In this document: positions 40,501 to 52,007 of the stretch, piece by piece | How the letters are laid out: every line of letters starts with the position of its first letter | Numbering within the stretch: the stretch's first letter is position 1 | Origin: Nitrospinales bacterium | Lineage (GTDB): Bacteria; Nitrospinota; Nitrospinia; Nitrospinales; VA-1 | Direction: 5' to 3' | Length of the DNA stretch: 64,000 nt | NCBI GenBank assembly: GCA_965223345.1 | Contig: CBDCWG010000012.1 | Location: 2,752,001 to 2,816,000, forward strand | Position numbers and translations under genes: made by a program | The notes under the pieces: model-generated | What the model was told of the DNA's origin: nothing | Database searches by the model: none | Seen by the model: only the letters and a program-made list of their open reading frames with translations

Positions 40501-40834
40501 TGGGTCGCTCCCGTATAGAGGCTGCACCGGGTGTGAAACCCGGTGATTTTTTTGTGAGTTCGGAGGGCATGTCTCCCTCTTTCCCGTAAGATGGCCAAAC
40601 CTGCAAAAGGTTTTAAATAAAAAACAGCGCCGGGTCAACCGGGGAAAACCGCCCCAAACGAAACGCCGCGCGGACGCATCGGCGCCCGCAGGATGCATTT
40701 TGAGATCTGCTTTTGCCTCCCGGTCTGCAATAAATTTTCGTTTTTTTCATCCTTACAATGAGGGCAATGAGATCGAACCCTCTATGTTTAAAGGGCTGGC
40801 CGGCTGACACCGGAGCGGAAAAAAAGTTTTGCGC

Positions 40835-40891
40835 TTGCCAGAAATGTCCATATATTGTATACATTTGACCAAATTCCACTATATGTGGGAT
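40835..40891 (+). promoter_or_regulatory. Candidate promoter overlapped by tandem NrdR-like boxes
   Basis: TTGCCA-17-TATACA; cores CCATATATTG (40848) and CTATATGTGG (40879) are 31 bp apart. Confidence 0.6.
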
Positions 40892-41203
40892 AGTAAATTG
40901 AATGAAATCACTGCTATTTACACCACTTTCCCTTTAAATATCTGATTTTTAAGGTTAAGATGTCTTTTATCGCCCTGCCCCCGGTATTTGTGGCGGTTTC
41001 ATAAGGGTTCCGGGCCTCCCGGTTCGATCCGGCCTGCGGCATACATTTCAAGTTTCAGGACGCAATGCGGCGGGTTCGCCGGCGAAAACGGGTGTGAATC
41101 CCGTATTTTTTCTCTATTTATAAGGTGAATTCTGACACCGGTATTCAGTCATTCTCCCCGGTGGCGTTTCATTTTTTATTCAACGAAAGCTCTTGAAAAC
41201 ATC

Positions 41204-43501
41204 ATGGCCACGGAAAAAGTATCTGACATTCAGGTCGAACTGGAAAACCGCTTTCTGACCTACGCGCTTTCCACCATCGTTTCCCGCTCGCTTCCCGACG
41301 TGCGCGACGGCTTGAAGCCGATTCACCGCCGGATCCTGTACGCCATGGACAGCATGGGCGTGAGCTCCGCGGCCAAATTCGTGAAATCCGCCAAGATCAT
41401 CGGTGAGGTGCTCGGTAAATACCACCCGCACGGCGACGCCTCGACCTACGAATCGATGGTGCGCATGGCTCAGGATTTTTCCCTGCGCTATCCGCTGGTG
41501 GACGGCAAGGGCAATTTCGGCTCCATCGACGGCGACGCGCCCGCCGCCTACCGCTACACGGAAGGCCGGCTGCGCCCGATCAGCTCGTTTTTGCTGAACG
41601 ACCTGAAAAAAGACACGGTGGATTTCCGGCAGAACTACGACAACACGCTCAGGGAACCGGTGGTGCTGCCCTCGCGGGTGCCGAATCTTCTGATCAACGG
41701 CGCGGCGGGCATCGCGGTCGGCATGGCCTGTTCGTTTCCCAGCCACAACCTCAAGGAAGTGGTGAACGCGCTGATCGCGCTGATCGACGAGCCGGATCTT
41801 TCGACCGCGCAGATCATGAAGCACATCAAGGGGCCGGATTTCCCCACCGGCGGCATTCTGCTCAACACCAAAGCGGAGCTCAAGCAGGCGTATGAGACCG
41901 GTTCGGGGACGCTCAAGATCCGCGGCGAATGGAAAATGGAGACGCTGGCGCGCGGCAAGCGGCAGATCATTCTCACTTCCATCCCCTACGGCGTGAACAA
42001 GGCGAAGATGATCGAAAAAATCGCCGAAATCATCATCGCGAAAAAACTGCCGCCGCTGGTGGACGTGCGCGATGAAAGCGACGAGGCGATCCGGGTGGTG
42101 CTGGAAGTCAAAAACGGCGCCGAGCCGGAAAAACTGATGAGCTACCTGTTCAAGCACACGGACCTGGAATCGAATTTTCAGCTCAATTTCACCTGCCTCA
42201 AGCCCAACGGCGAGCCGGACCGGCTGTCTCTGATCGCCATCTGCAAATACTTCCTGGAATTCCGCAAGGAAGTCATCACGCGCAGGCTGAAATACGAACT
42301 GGACCTGATCAACCGGCGGCTGCACATTCTCGAAGGCTTTGCGAAGATCTTCGACGATCTCGACCGCGCCCTCAAGCTGATCCGCTCGTCTTCTTCCCGG
42401 CAGGAAGCGCACGAAAAACTGAAAAAAGGCTTCAAGCTCGACGACGAGCAGACCAGCGCGATCCTGGAAATCCCGCTTTACCGGCTGGTTTCGATGGAGA
42501 TCGGCAAGATCCTGGAAGAGCAGCAGGAAAAGCTGAAAGAGAAAAAACGCATCGAAGGCATCCTGAAATCGGACAAAAAGATCTGGAAAGAAGTGAAAGG
42601 GGAACTCGAAGAGATCGTCGAGAAATTCGGCGACAAGCGGCAGACCGAGCTGGGTGCCAAAAAAGTGCTGGAAGACGTCGAATACAACGTCGAGGACTTC
42701 ATCGAGCACGAAGACGTGACGCTGGTGCTGAGCAAAAACGGCTGGCTGCGCAAGCTCAAGTCGCTCTCCGACCCCGATTCGCTGAAATTCAAGGAAAACG
42801 ACGCCCTGATGGACGTGCTGAAGATCAACACCAAAGACCGGGTGGCGTTTTTCACCAGCCTGGGAACAGTGTACATCCAGAAGGTGTACGGGCTGCCGAC
42901 CACGCACGCCCGCAGTTTTGGCGAACCCATTCAGAACCTGTTCAAATTCGGCGACGGCGAACGGGTGCTGCACATGATGTCGCTGGATGAGCCGGAAGAA
43001 ATCGAGGAAGCCCCCGCCAAAACCAAAGGCAAGGGAAAGAGCAAGCAGACGAGCCTGGATTTTGAAAACGAGGCCGCGTCCGCTCCCGAGTTCATGGTGG
43101 CCAGCGCCTCCGGAATGGGATTTCGCTTCGTGCTCGACAACGCCTCGGAGACGACGCGCTCCGGCCGACGCATCATGTCGCTCAAGGAGGGAGACCGCAT
43201 GGTTGCGGTCGCGCCGGTGACCGGCGACCTGCTGTTCCTGGCGGCGGAAAACGGCAAGGGCATGATCGTTCCCATCGATCAGATAACCCAGTTGACGGGA
43301 ACCGGAAAAGGCGTCAAGCTGATGAAGCTGGTGGACAGCCAACTGGCCGGTTTCAAGATCGTCAACAAGAAGGACAAGATCACCCTGATTTTCGACAAGG
43401 GCAATCCCAAGGAGCTCAAAGTCAAAGACGTGCCGAAATACAACCGCGGAACGCAGGGGGTCATCCTCGCGAAACGCAAAAAGATCGTCGATATCGAATA
43501 A
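41204..43501 (+). CDS. parC: Type IIA topoisomerase subunit A (Topo IV ParC-like)
   Basis: [38 protein letters not shown]; no canonical QxRGGKG GyrA box, short CTD. The ParC-versus-GyrA call is inferred. Confidence 0.8.
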   Translation: MATEKVSDIQVELENRFLTYALSTIVSRSLPDVRDGLKPIHRRILYAMDSMGVSSAAKFVKSAKIIGEVLGKYHPHGDASTYESMVRMAQDFSLRYPLVDGKGNFGSIDGDAPAAYRYTEGRLRPISSFLLNDLKKDTVDFRQNYDNTLREPVVLPSRVPNLLINGAAGIAVGMACSFPSHNLKEVVNALIALIDEPDLSTAQIMKHIKGPDFPTGGILLNTKAELKQAYETGSGTLKIRGEWKMETLARGKRQIILTSIPYGVNKAKMIEKIAEIIIAKKLPPLVDVRDESDEAIRVVLEVKNGAEPEKLMSYLFKHTDLESNFQLNFTCLKPNGEPDRLSLIAICKYFLEFRKEVITRRLKYELDLINRRLHILEGFAKIFDDLDRALKLIRSSSSRQEAHEKLKKGFKLDDEQTSAILEIPLYRLVSMEIGKILEEQQEKLKEKKRIEGILKSDKKIWKEVKGELEEIVEKFGDKRQTELGAKKVLEDVEYNVEDFIEHEDVTLVLSKNGWLRKLKSLSDPDSLKFKENDALMDVLKINTKDRVAFFTSLGTVYIQKVYGLPTTHARSFGEPIQNLFKFGDGERVLHMMSLDEPEEIEEAPAKTKGKGKSKQTSLDFENEAASAPEFMVASASGMGFRFVLDNASETTRSGRRIMSLKEGDRMVAVAPVTGDLLFLAAENGKGMIVPIDQITQLTGTGKGVKLMKLVDSQLAGFKIVNKKDKITLIFDKGNPKELKVKDVPKYNRGTQGVILAKRKKIVDIE

Positions 43502-43551
43502 GACCGTTCTCAGGAGCGGAAACACCACAACCCTCGTAGCATCGGAAGAAC

Positions 43552-45441
<1,890 letters not shown>

Positions 45442-45720
45442 CGGCGCTCACCGGCCTTTTTCCGCCTATCCGCCCTGCGAACGCAAGGGCCTGAAAAACC
45501 CCCTTTTCCCCTCCCCCGCAGCCCTTTCGGACTGAATTTTCACGCCCCGATAAATATATTTACTTTCATGGTAAATATATTGAAAACGCGGGCTTAAGGC
45601 CAATAAAATCAACCCTATTTTTGAATCCCGCGCTTCGATTCGTCTTGAGTTTTTGCCCGCAAGACGGTACACTGAGTCTTTAAACCCCTAATAAATATAC
45701 GATTTTCTCTGATCCGATAA

Positions 45721-48700
45721 ATGGCATTTTTCTCTAAATTGATGCGGTCCTCCCGGCCGAGGGATCCGCGATACGGCGGACAACCGCATAATTTCCAGTA
45801 CCCTCAGGATCCCGCGGCGTATCAGGAACCGGGACTGCCCACGGAAGATTCCGAATTCGAACCCACGATCGTGGTCGAAGGCGACGAATCGCCGTTCTCC
45901 GCGCCGCCTGCCGAAGCACCCGTCACACAGGGCCGCCGCTCGTCGGATGCGGTGGTCACCGGAGAGGAATACAACGAGCTCGCCGGCGAACGCAACCTCG
46001 GACGCCGCGCTACCGATCAGATCCGCCCTCTGGTGCAAAAGATCCTGTCGGGCAGCAGCATCACCGGCATCCTGTCTTCGCTCACACGCGACCTGATCAA
46101 TATTTTTCAGTGCCAGTCGGTGCAGATTTACGCGGTGGATCTGGCGCGCAGGCAGCTGGTGTCGATCACCCACGCCCTGGAAGAGGAAAAGGAATTCCGG
46201 CTCGACATCTCTCCCAAAAGCCTCGCCGGCTTCTGTGCGGCGACGGGCAAGACGGTCAATGTCGCCGACGTGACCTCGACCAAGGAGCTGAAAAAGATCC
46301 ACGCGGATCTGAAGCACGACCAGACCTGGGAAAAACAGGCCAAGATCCGCATCGAATCGATGCTGGTGACCGCCCTGCCCTTCGAGAAAAGGCTCATGGG
46401 CGTTCTGGAGGTCATCAACAAAACCAAGGACGCGCATTTTTCCGAAGCGGACGTCCGGCAGGCCAAGGAACTTTCCACCACGCTCGGCCACGCTCTGGTC
46501 AAACTGGAGATCGAGCAGATCGAAGAGCAGACCCGCGCGGTGGCGCACGCGATCCATTCCGCAAAAAACATCGACGAGATCCTGGCTGAATTGAAACCCT
46601 CCATTCAGGAAATTTTCGATGCGGGGATGCTGACCATCTACTCGTTGGATGAGAAAAAGAACGAAATCTTCTCCAAGGTGAAATCGGAAAACAGCATCAA
46701 AGAAATCCGCCTCCCCATTTCCGCCAAAAGCATCGCCGGTTGTGTGGCTCTGGAAAAAAGACCCATCAACCTCGCCGACGTCAACAACAAGGCCGAACTG
46801 CAGAACTACAAGAAGGAACTCCAGTTCGACGGCTCCTGGGACAAGAAGAGCGGGCTCAAGACCAAGTCCATGCTGGCCTATCCGCTCATCCACCTGAACA
46901 AGGTGATGGGCGTGCTGCAGGTCGCCAACAAGACCACCACGGACCGTTTTTCCTCGTTCGACGAGCGCAACGCCAAGATCATCGGCGACACCCTGGCGCT
47001 CGCCGTCTACAACCAGTGGAAAGCGCAGCAGAAAAAGCGCACCAAGTTCGGCTATCTCGTGGAGAAAGGCATCGTGTCGCAGGACGAGCTGAACGCGGGC
47101 ATCGCCAAGGCGCGCATGAAGCGCGTGGACGTCGAAGACATCCTGCTGGCGGAAATGAAACTGAAGCGCTCGGATATCGGGAAATCGCTGGAAGCCTATT
47201 ACGACATCCCCTACACGGGTTACAGCGAATCGGTTGTGCTGCCTAGCCATGTGTTCGCGGGCCTGAACAAGAACTATCTGGCCAAGAACAACTGGGTGCC
47301 ACTGCAGAACACGCCGACGCACGCGCTGATTCTCATCGACGACCCGGCCAACCAGGACAAGATCGCCAGCATCAAAATGATCTTTCCGAAAAAATCGGTG
47401 GAGTTTCAGGTCGGCCTGAAAGCGGACATCCGCGATTTTCTCAATTCCAACCTCTCATCGGACGAACCGGCGCACGAAGAAGCGCACGAAGAACCGGCGC
47501 ACACCGAGGAGGTTTCCAGCCTGCTGAACGCGCTGGTGGACGAGCGCCAAGACGACGTGATCGATCTGGGCGTCACCAGCGACGACGCGGTCACGGCGAT
47601 CAGCGAAACCGACAGCACCATCGTCCGGCTGGTGAACAAAATCCTGACCGACGCCTACGATCAGGGCGTTTCGGACATTCATCTGGAACCGGGAACCGGC
47701 AAGAAGGACGTCAAAGTCCGTTTTCGCAAGGACGGCTCCTGCCGGGTGTACCAGCAGATCCCGTTCATGTACAAACAGGCGATCATCTCCCGCATCAAGA
47801 TCATGTCGCGCCTCGACATCGCGGAAAAACGCATGCCGCAGGACGGCAAGATCAAAATGCGCTACGGCAAAAAGGAAATCGAGTTCCGCGTCGCCACCTG
47901 CCCGACCGTGGGCGGCAACGAAGACGCGGTGCTGCGAATCCTTTCCTCCAGCAAGCCGATCCCGCTTGCGGAAATGGGTTTTCTCGACCAGAACCTCAAG
48001 GTCATTGGGGAAATGATCGCCAAGCCGTATGGCTTGATCCTCGTCGTGGGCCCGACCGGTTCCGGTAAGACCACGACGCTGCATTCCTGCCTCGGGCAGA
48101 TCAACAGCGACGAGCGCAAGATCTGGACCGCCGAGGATCCGGTGGAGATCACGCAGGAGGGGCTCAGGCAGGTGCAGATGCAGGACAAGATCGGCCTGAA
48201 TTTCGCCCGCGCCATGCGCTCGTTTCTGCGCGGCGACCCGGACGTCATCATGGTGGGTGAGATGCGCGACACCGAGACCGCTTCCATCGGCCTGGAAGCC
48301 TCGCTGACAGGGCATCTGGTGTTCAGCACGCTGCACACCAACTCGGCGCCGGAAACCATCACCCGTCTGCTCGACATGGGCATGAACCCGCTCAACTTCT
48401 CCGACGCGCTGCTGTTGATCGTCGCGCAGAGGCTGCTCAAAACACTGTGCAAGAAATGCAAGGAGCCCTACAACCCGAGCAAGGAGGAGTTCGAGATCCT
48501 GGCGAAGGAATACGGGGTCAAGGAATTTCAGAAACTGGGCATCAAATACAGCAAGGACCTGAAGCTTTTCCAACCGAAAGGCTGCTCGGCCTGTGGCGAC
48601 ACGGGCTATGCCGGACGGATGGGCATTCACGAAGTGCTGAGCGGCACCGATGAGATGAAACGCATGATCATGCGCTCGGCCATGGTGGATGAGATCCGGA

Positions 48701-48807
48701 AGCGGGCGATCGAGGATGGCATGTTCACGCTTAAGCAGGACGGCATCCAGAAAATCTTTCAGGGACACTGCGACATCAAGCAGGTGCAGGCGGTCTGTGT
48801 GGTCTGA
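45721..48807 (+). CDS. GAF-GAF-PilB/GspE family ATPase, copy 1
   Basis: Two GAF domains; SDIHLEP, PQDG, GPTGSGKTT, EDPVE, VGEMRD, STLHTN, CKKC/CSAC. Confidence 0.92.
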   Translation: MAFFSKLMRSSRPRDPRYGGQPHNFQYPQDPAAYQEPGLPTEDSEFEPTIVVEGDESPFSAPPAEAPVTQGRRSSDAVVTGEEYNELAGERNLGRRATDQIRPLVQKILSGSSITGILSSLTRDLINIFQCQSVQIYAVDLARRQLVSITHALEEEKEFRLDISPKSLAGFCAATGKTVNVADVTSTKELKKIHADLKHDQTWEKQAKIRIESMLVTALPFEKRLMGVLEVINKTKDAHFSEADVRQAKELSTTLGHALVKLEIEQIEEQTRAVAHAIHSAKNIDEILAELKPSIQEIFDAGMLTIYSLDEKKNEIFSKVKSENSIKEIRLPISAKSIAGCVALEKRPINLADVNNKAELQNYKKELQFDGSWDKKSGLKTKSMLAYPLIHLNKVMGVLQVANKTTTDRFSSFDERNAKIIGDTLALAVYNQWKAQQKKRTKFGYLVEKGIVSQDELNAGIAKARMKRVDVEDILLAEMKLKRSDIGKSLEAYYDIPYTGYSESVVLPSHVFAGLNKNYLAKNNWVPLQNTPTHALILIDDPANQDKIASIKMIFPKKSVEFQVGLKADIRDFLNSNLSSDEPAHEEAHEEPAHTEEVSSLLNALVDERQDDVIDLGVTSDDAVTAISETDSTIVRLVNKILTDAYDQGVSDIHLEPGTGKKDVKVRFRKDGSCRVYQQIPFMYKQAIISRIKIMSRLDIAEKRMPQDGKIKMRYGKKEIEFRVATCPTVGGNEDAVLRILSSSKPIPLAEMGFLDQNLKVIGEMIAKPYGLILVVGPTGSGKTTTLHSCLGQINSDERKIWTAEDPVEITQEGLRQVQMQDKIGLNFARAMRSFLRGDPDVIMVGEMRDTETASIGLEASLTGHLVFSTLHTNSAPETITRLLDMGMNPLNFSDALLLIVAQRLLKTLCKKCKEPYNPSKEEFEILAKEYGVKEFQKLGIKYSKDLKLFQPKGCSACGDTGYAGRMGIHEVLSGTDEMKRMIMRSAMVDEIRKRAIEDGMFTLKQDGIQKIFQGHCDIKQVQAVCVV

Positions 48808-51477
48808 TACGGACACACACGGCAAAAAAAGTTCAAAAAAAATCTTATTCACAATAATGTGTGCTATTAATTCAATGGCATGCTTTTCAATGTAATTGTT
48901 TGAACCACAACCTCTCGGTTCATGAACACACCGCATCAAAATTTCGCACGCGAACACGGGCAGGACCCCTCCAAGGTCATCCTGGCTAAAGTCCAGGGCG
49001 CCCGGGACATGGTGGAGATCCTGCCTTCCCTGATCGAAGACCTCAAAGAGCTTTTCGACTGTGAGGCCGTGTCGCTGTTCGCGCTCGACCGCAAGAACCG
49101 GCAGCTGTTCTCGCGCAACCCCATCTCCGACATCCTTTCGGAAATCCGCGTGGACATCTCGATCAAAAACCTAGCGGGCTTTGTGGCGGCGACCGGAAAA
49201 TCCCTGAACATCCACGACGCCTATGACGAGGACGAGTTGACGCAGTACCACCCGCAGCTCGCGCACGGTTCGACGCTGGACAAACTGCTCGATTTCAAGA
49301 CCCGGTCCATCCTGGTTCTGCCCCTTCCTTACAACCGCAAACTCATCGGGGTGCTGGAAATCATCAACAAGAAAGACGACGGCGTCTTTTCCGATGCGGA
49401 CATGAAGCTCGCCCGCGACCTGTCTCCGGTTCTCGGCCTGACGCTGATGAAACTGGAAAAGCAGGCCGCCCGGCAGCAAGCTGCCCCGGCCCAAGAACCG
49501 GAACCGGCTCAATCGGACCCGCAAGCGGGAAGATCCGAATCGGCCGAAGAGAGACTGCACAAGCTTTCCCAGTCCATCCACGCCGCCAAAGACGTCGATG
49601 AGATTCTCATCGATCTCAAGGAACCGCTCATCGAGATCTTCGATGTGGAAATGATCACCCTGTACGCGGTGGACACGCACAAGAACGAGATCTACTCGAA
49701 AATGAAATCCGGCGACGGCATCGCCGAAATCCGGGTTCCCATTTCCCCGCAGAGCATCTCCGGCTGGGTGGCGATGGAGCAGACGATGGTTTCCATCGCC
49801 GACGTGTACGACGATCAGGAACTCAAGAAATACCATCCGGACCTGACGTTCGACGATTCCTGGGACAAGCAGTCCGGACAGCGAACCCGCTCGATGCTGG
49901 TCTGCCCGATGGTGCAGAACGGCCAGTTGATGGGCGTCCTGCAGCTGATCAACAAAAAAGGCGACGGTGTTTTCACATCGCGGGACATCAAGTTCGGCAA
50001 CATCATTTCAGAAACCCTGGCGCTGGCCTTCAGCAACCAGAAGAAATTCGTTCAGCAAAAGCCCACCAAGTTCAGCTATATCCTGAACAACGGCATCATC
50101 AGCGAAGAGGAACTCTCGACCGCCATCACGCAGGCGAGAAAAAATCAGGTCGATATCGAGGCCATCCTGCTGGGCAACGTCGGCCTGTCGCGCAAGGAGC
50201 TGGGACACTCGCTGGAAAATTTCTACGGCATTCCCTATTACGGCTATCACGATTCCATCATCCTGCCGAGCGAAGTGCTGGCCGGGTTGAACAAGAACTT
50301 TCTCGCCAAGAACCACTGGCTGCCGATCCACAACGACAGCGAAAAAGTCGTCATCCTGACCAACGACCCGACCAATCCGGACAAGCTGCAGAACATCAAG
50401 CAGATCTTCACCAAAAAGGAAATCGAGTTCAAGGTCGGCCTGAAAGCCGACGTCATCGATTTTTTGAACTCGATCACCGGTGACATCGACCATGGCAAGG
50501 TCGAAGAGGCCGCCAAGCCGGAAGAAATGTCCAGCCTCCTCACTGCGCTCATGGACGAGACGGAAAAGGAAGTGGTCGATGCGCATGAGGACGACGACGA
50601 TGCCAACGCCATCAGCGAAACCGACAGCACCATCGTCCGGCTCGTCAACAAGGTGCTGATCGATGCGTATGAGCGGGGCGTGTCGGACATCCACATCGAA
50701 CCGGGCATCGGCAAGGAAAAGGTGAACGTGCGCTTCCGCAAAGACGGCGAGTGCATGGTCTATGAAGAAATCCCGTCGCTGTACAAGCAGGCCATCATCT
50801 CCCGCATCAAGATCATGTCGCGCCTCGACATCGCCGAACGGCGCATGCCGCAGGACGGCAAGATCAAAATGCGCTACGGCCGCAAAGAGATCGAATTCCG
50901 CGTCGCCACCTGCCCCACCGTCGGCGGCAACGAGGACGCGGTGCTGCGTATCCTGGCGCAGAGCAAACCGATTCCGCTCGATCAGATGAACCTGAGCGAG
51001 CGCAACCTGGAACGCATCCGCGAACAGTCCGTCAAACCCTATGGCTTGATCCTCGTCGTGGGCCCGACCGGTTCCGGCAAGACCACGACGCTGCATTCCT
51101 GCCTGGGACACATCAACCAACCCAACCGCAAGATCTGGACCGCGGAAGATCCGGTCGAGATCACGCAAAAGGGCCTGAGACAGGTGCAGATGCTGGACAA
51201 GATCGGCCTGAATTTCGCCCGCGCCATGCGTTCGTTTTTGCGCGGTGATCCGGACGTCATCATGGTCGGTGAGATGCGCGACACGGAAACGGCATCGATC
51301 GGCCTGGAGGCTTCGCTCACCGGTCACATGGTGTTCAGCACACTGCACACCAACTCGGCGCCGGAAACCATCACCCGTCTGCTCGATATGGGCATGAACC
51401 CGCTCAACTTCGCCGATGCGCTGTTGTTGATCGTCGCGCAGAGGCTTGTCAAAACACTGTGCAAGGAATGCAAGGAG
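47596..51477 (+). repeat. Near-identical ATPase-core DNA shared by copies 1 and 2 (about 47596-48465 and 50608-51477)
   Basis: For example tatggcttgatcctcgtcgtgggcccgaccggttccgg at 48028 and 51040 (offset 3012). Confidence 0.8.
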
Positions 51478-51819
51478 GATTACCACCCCTCACAGGAAGA
51501 GTTCGACACGCTGGTCAAGGAATACGGGCCGGAAGCCTTTGAAAGACTCGACATCGAATACAACGACGATTTGATGATAAAAAAACCCGTGGGCTGCCAG
51601 GCCTGCGGTGACACTGGTTATGCGGGCCGCACCGCGCTGCATGAAGTTCTCGATGCGAGTGCGGAAATGAAACGGCTCATCATGAAGTCCGCACTCGTCG
51701 AAGAGTTGCGCGAGCAGGCGATGAAAGACGGCATGACCACCCTCAAGCAGGACGGAATCGAAAAGATCTTCAAAGGAGATTGCGATCTCAAATCCGTTCT
51801 CTCCGTTTGTATTGTGTGA
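48922..51819 (+). CDS. GAF-GAF-PilB/GspE family ATPase, copy 2
   Basis: Same architecture; all ATPase motifs intact; CKEC/CQAC. Confidence 0.92.
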   Translation: MNTPHQNFAREHGQDPSKVILAKVQGARDMVEILPSLIEDLKELFDCEAVSLFALDRKNRQLFSRNPISDILSEIRVDISIKNLAGFVAATGKSLNIHDAYDEDELTQYHPQLAHGSTLDKLLDFKTRSILVLPLPYNRKLIGVLEIINKKDDGVFSDADMKLARDLSPVLGLTLMKLEKQAARQQAAPAQEPEPAQSDPQAGRSESAEERLHKLSQSIHAAKDVDEILIDLKEPLIEIFDVEMITLYAVDTHKNEIYSKMKSGDGIAEIRVPISPQSISGWVAMEQTMVSIADVYDDQELKKYHPDLTFDDSWDKQSGQRTRSMLVCPMVQNGQLMGVLQLINKKGDGVFTSRDIKFGNIISETLALAFSNQKKFVQQKPTKFSYILNNGIISEEELSTAITQARKNQVDIEAILLGNVGLSRKELGHSLENFYGIPYYGYHDSIILPSEVLAGLNKNFLAKNHWLPIHNDSEKVVILTNDPTNPDKLQNIKQIFTKKEIEFKVGLKADVIDFLNSITGDIDHGKVEEAAKPEEMSSLLTALMDETEKEVVDAHEDDDDANAISETDSTIVRLVNKVLIDAYERGVSDIHIEPGIGKEKVNVRFRKDGECMVYEEIPSLYKQAIISRIKIMSRLDIAERRMPQDGKIKMRYGRKEIEFRVATCPTVGGNEDAVLRILAQSKPIPLDQMNLSERNLERIREQSVKPYGLILVVGPTGSGKTTTLHSCLGHINQPNRKIWTAEDPVEITQKGLRQVQMLDKIGLNFARAMRSFLRGDPDVIMVGEMRDTETASIGLEASLTGHMVFSTLHTNSAPETITRLLDMGMNPLNFADALLLIVAQRLVKTLCKECKEDYHPSQEEFDTLVKEYGPEAFERLDIEYNDDLMIKKPVGCQACGDTGYAGRTALHEVLDASAEMKRLIMKSALVEELREQAMKDGMTTLKQDGIEKIFKGDCDLKSVLSVCIV

Positions 51820-52007
51820 CCTGCCTCACAAACACTCCATTTATAAAAATAAAATCCGTTTTTATTTTTCCAATCTGTAATTTTTGTGATACATTTTTCC
51901 AATAACTGCAAAAAATTCAGGCTTCGTCGTTCTCCATAAATGTCAGGGCCTTTTAAAACCGTACTTTTCTTATAGACGGTCTTTCAAGCCCACACATCGA
52001 TTCAAAA

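Noticed and set aside
41000..41040. tRNA-like GGTTCGATCC
   Set aside because: No cloverleaf, acceptor stem or CCA end can be built.
47464..47508. Short repeat encoding EPAHEEAHEEPAH
   Set aside because: Low-complexity linker duplication within a CDS; not an array.
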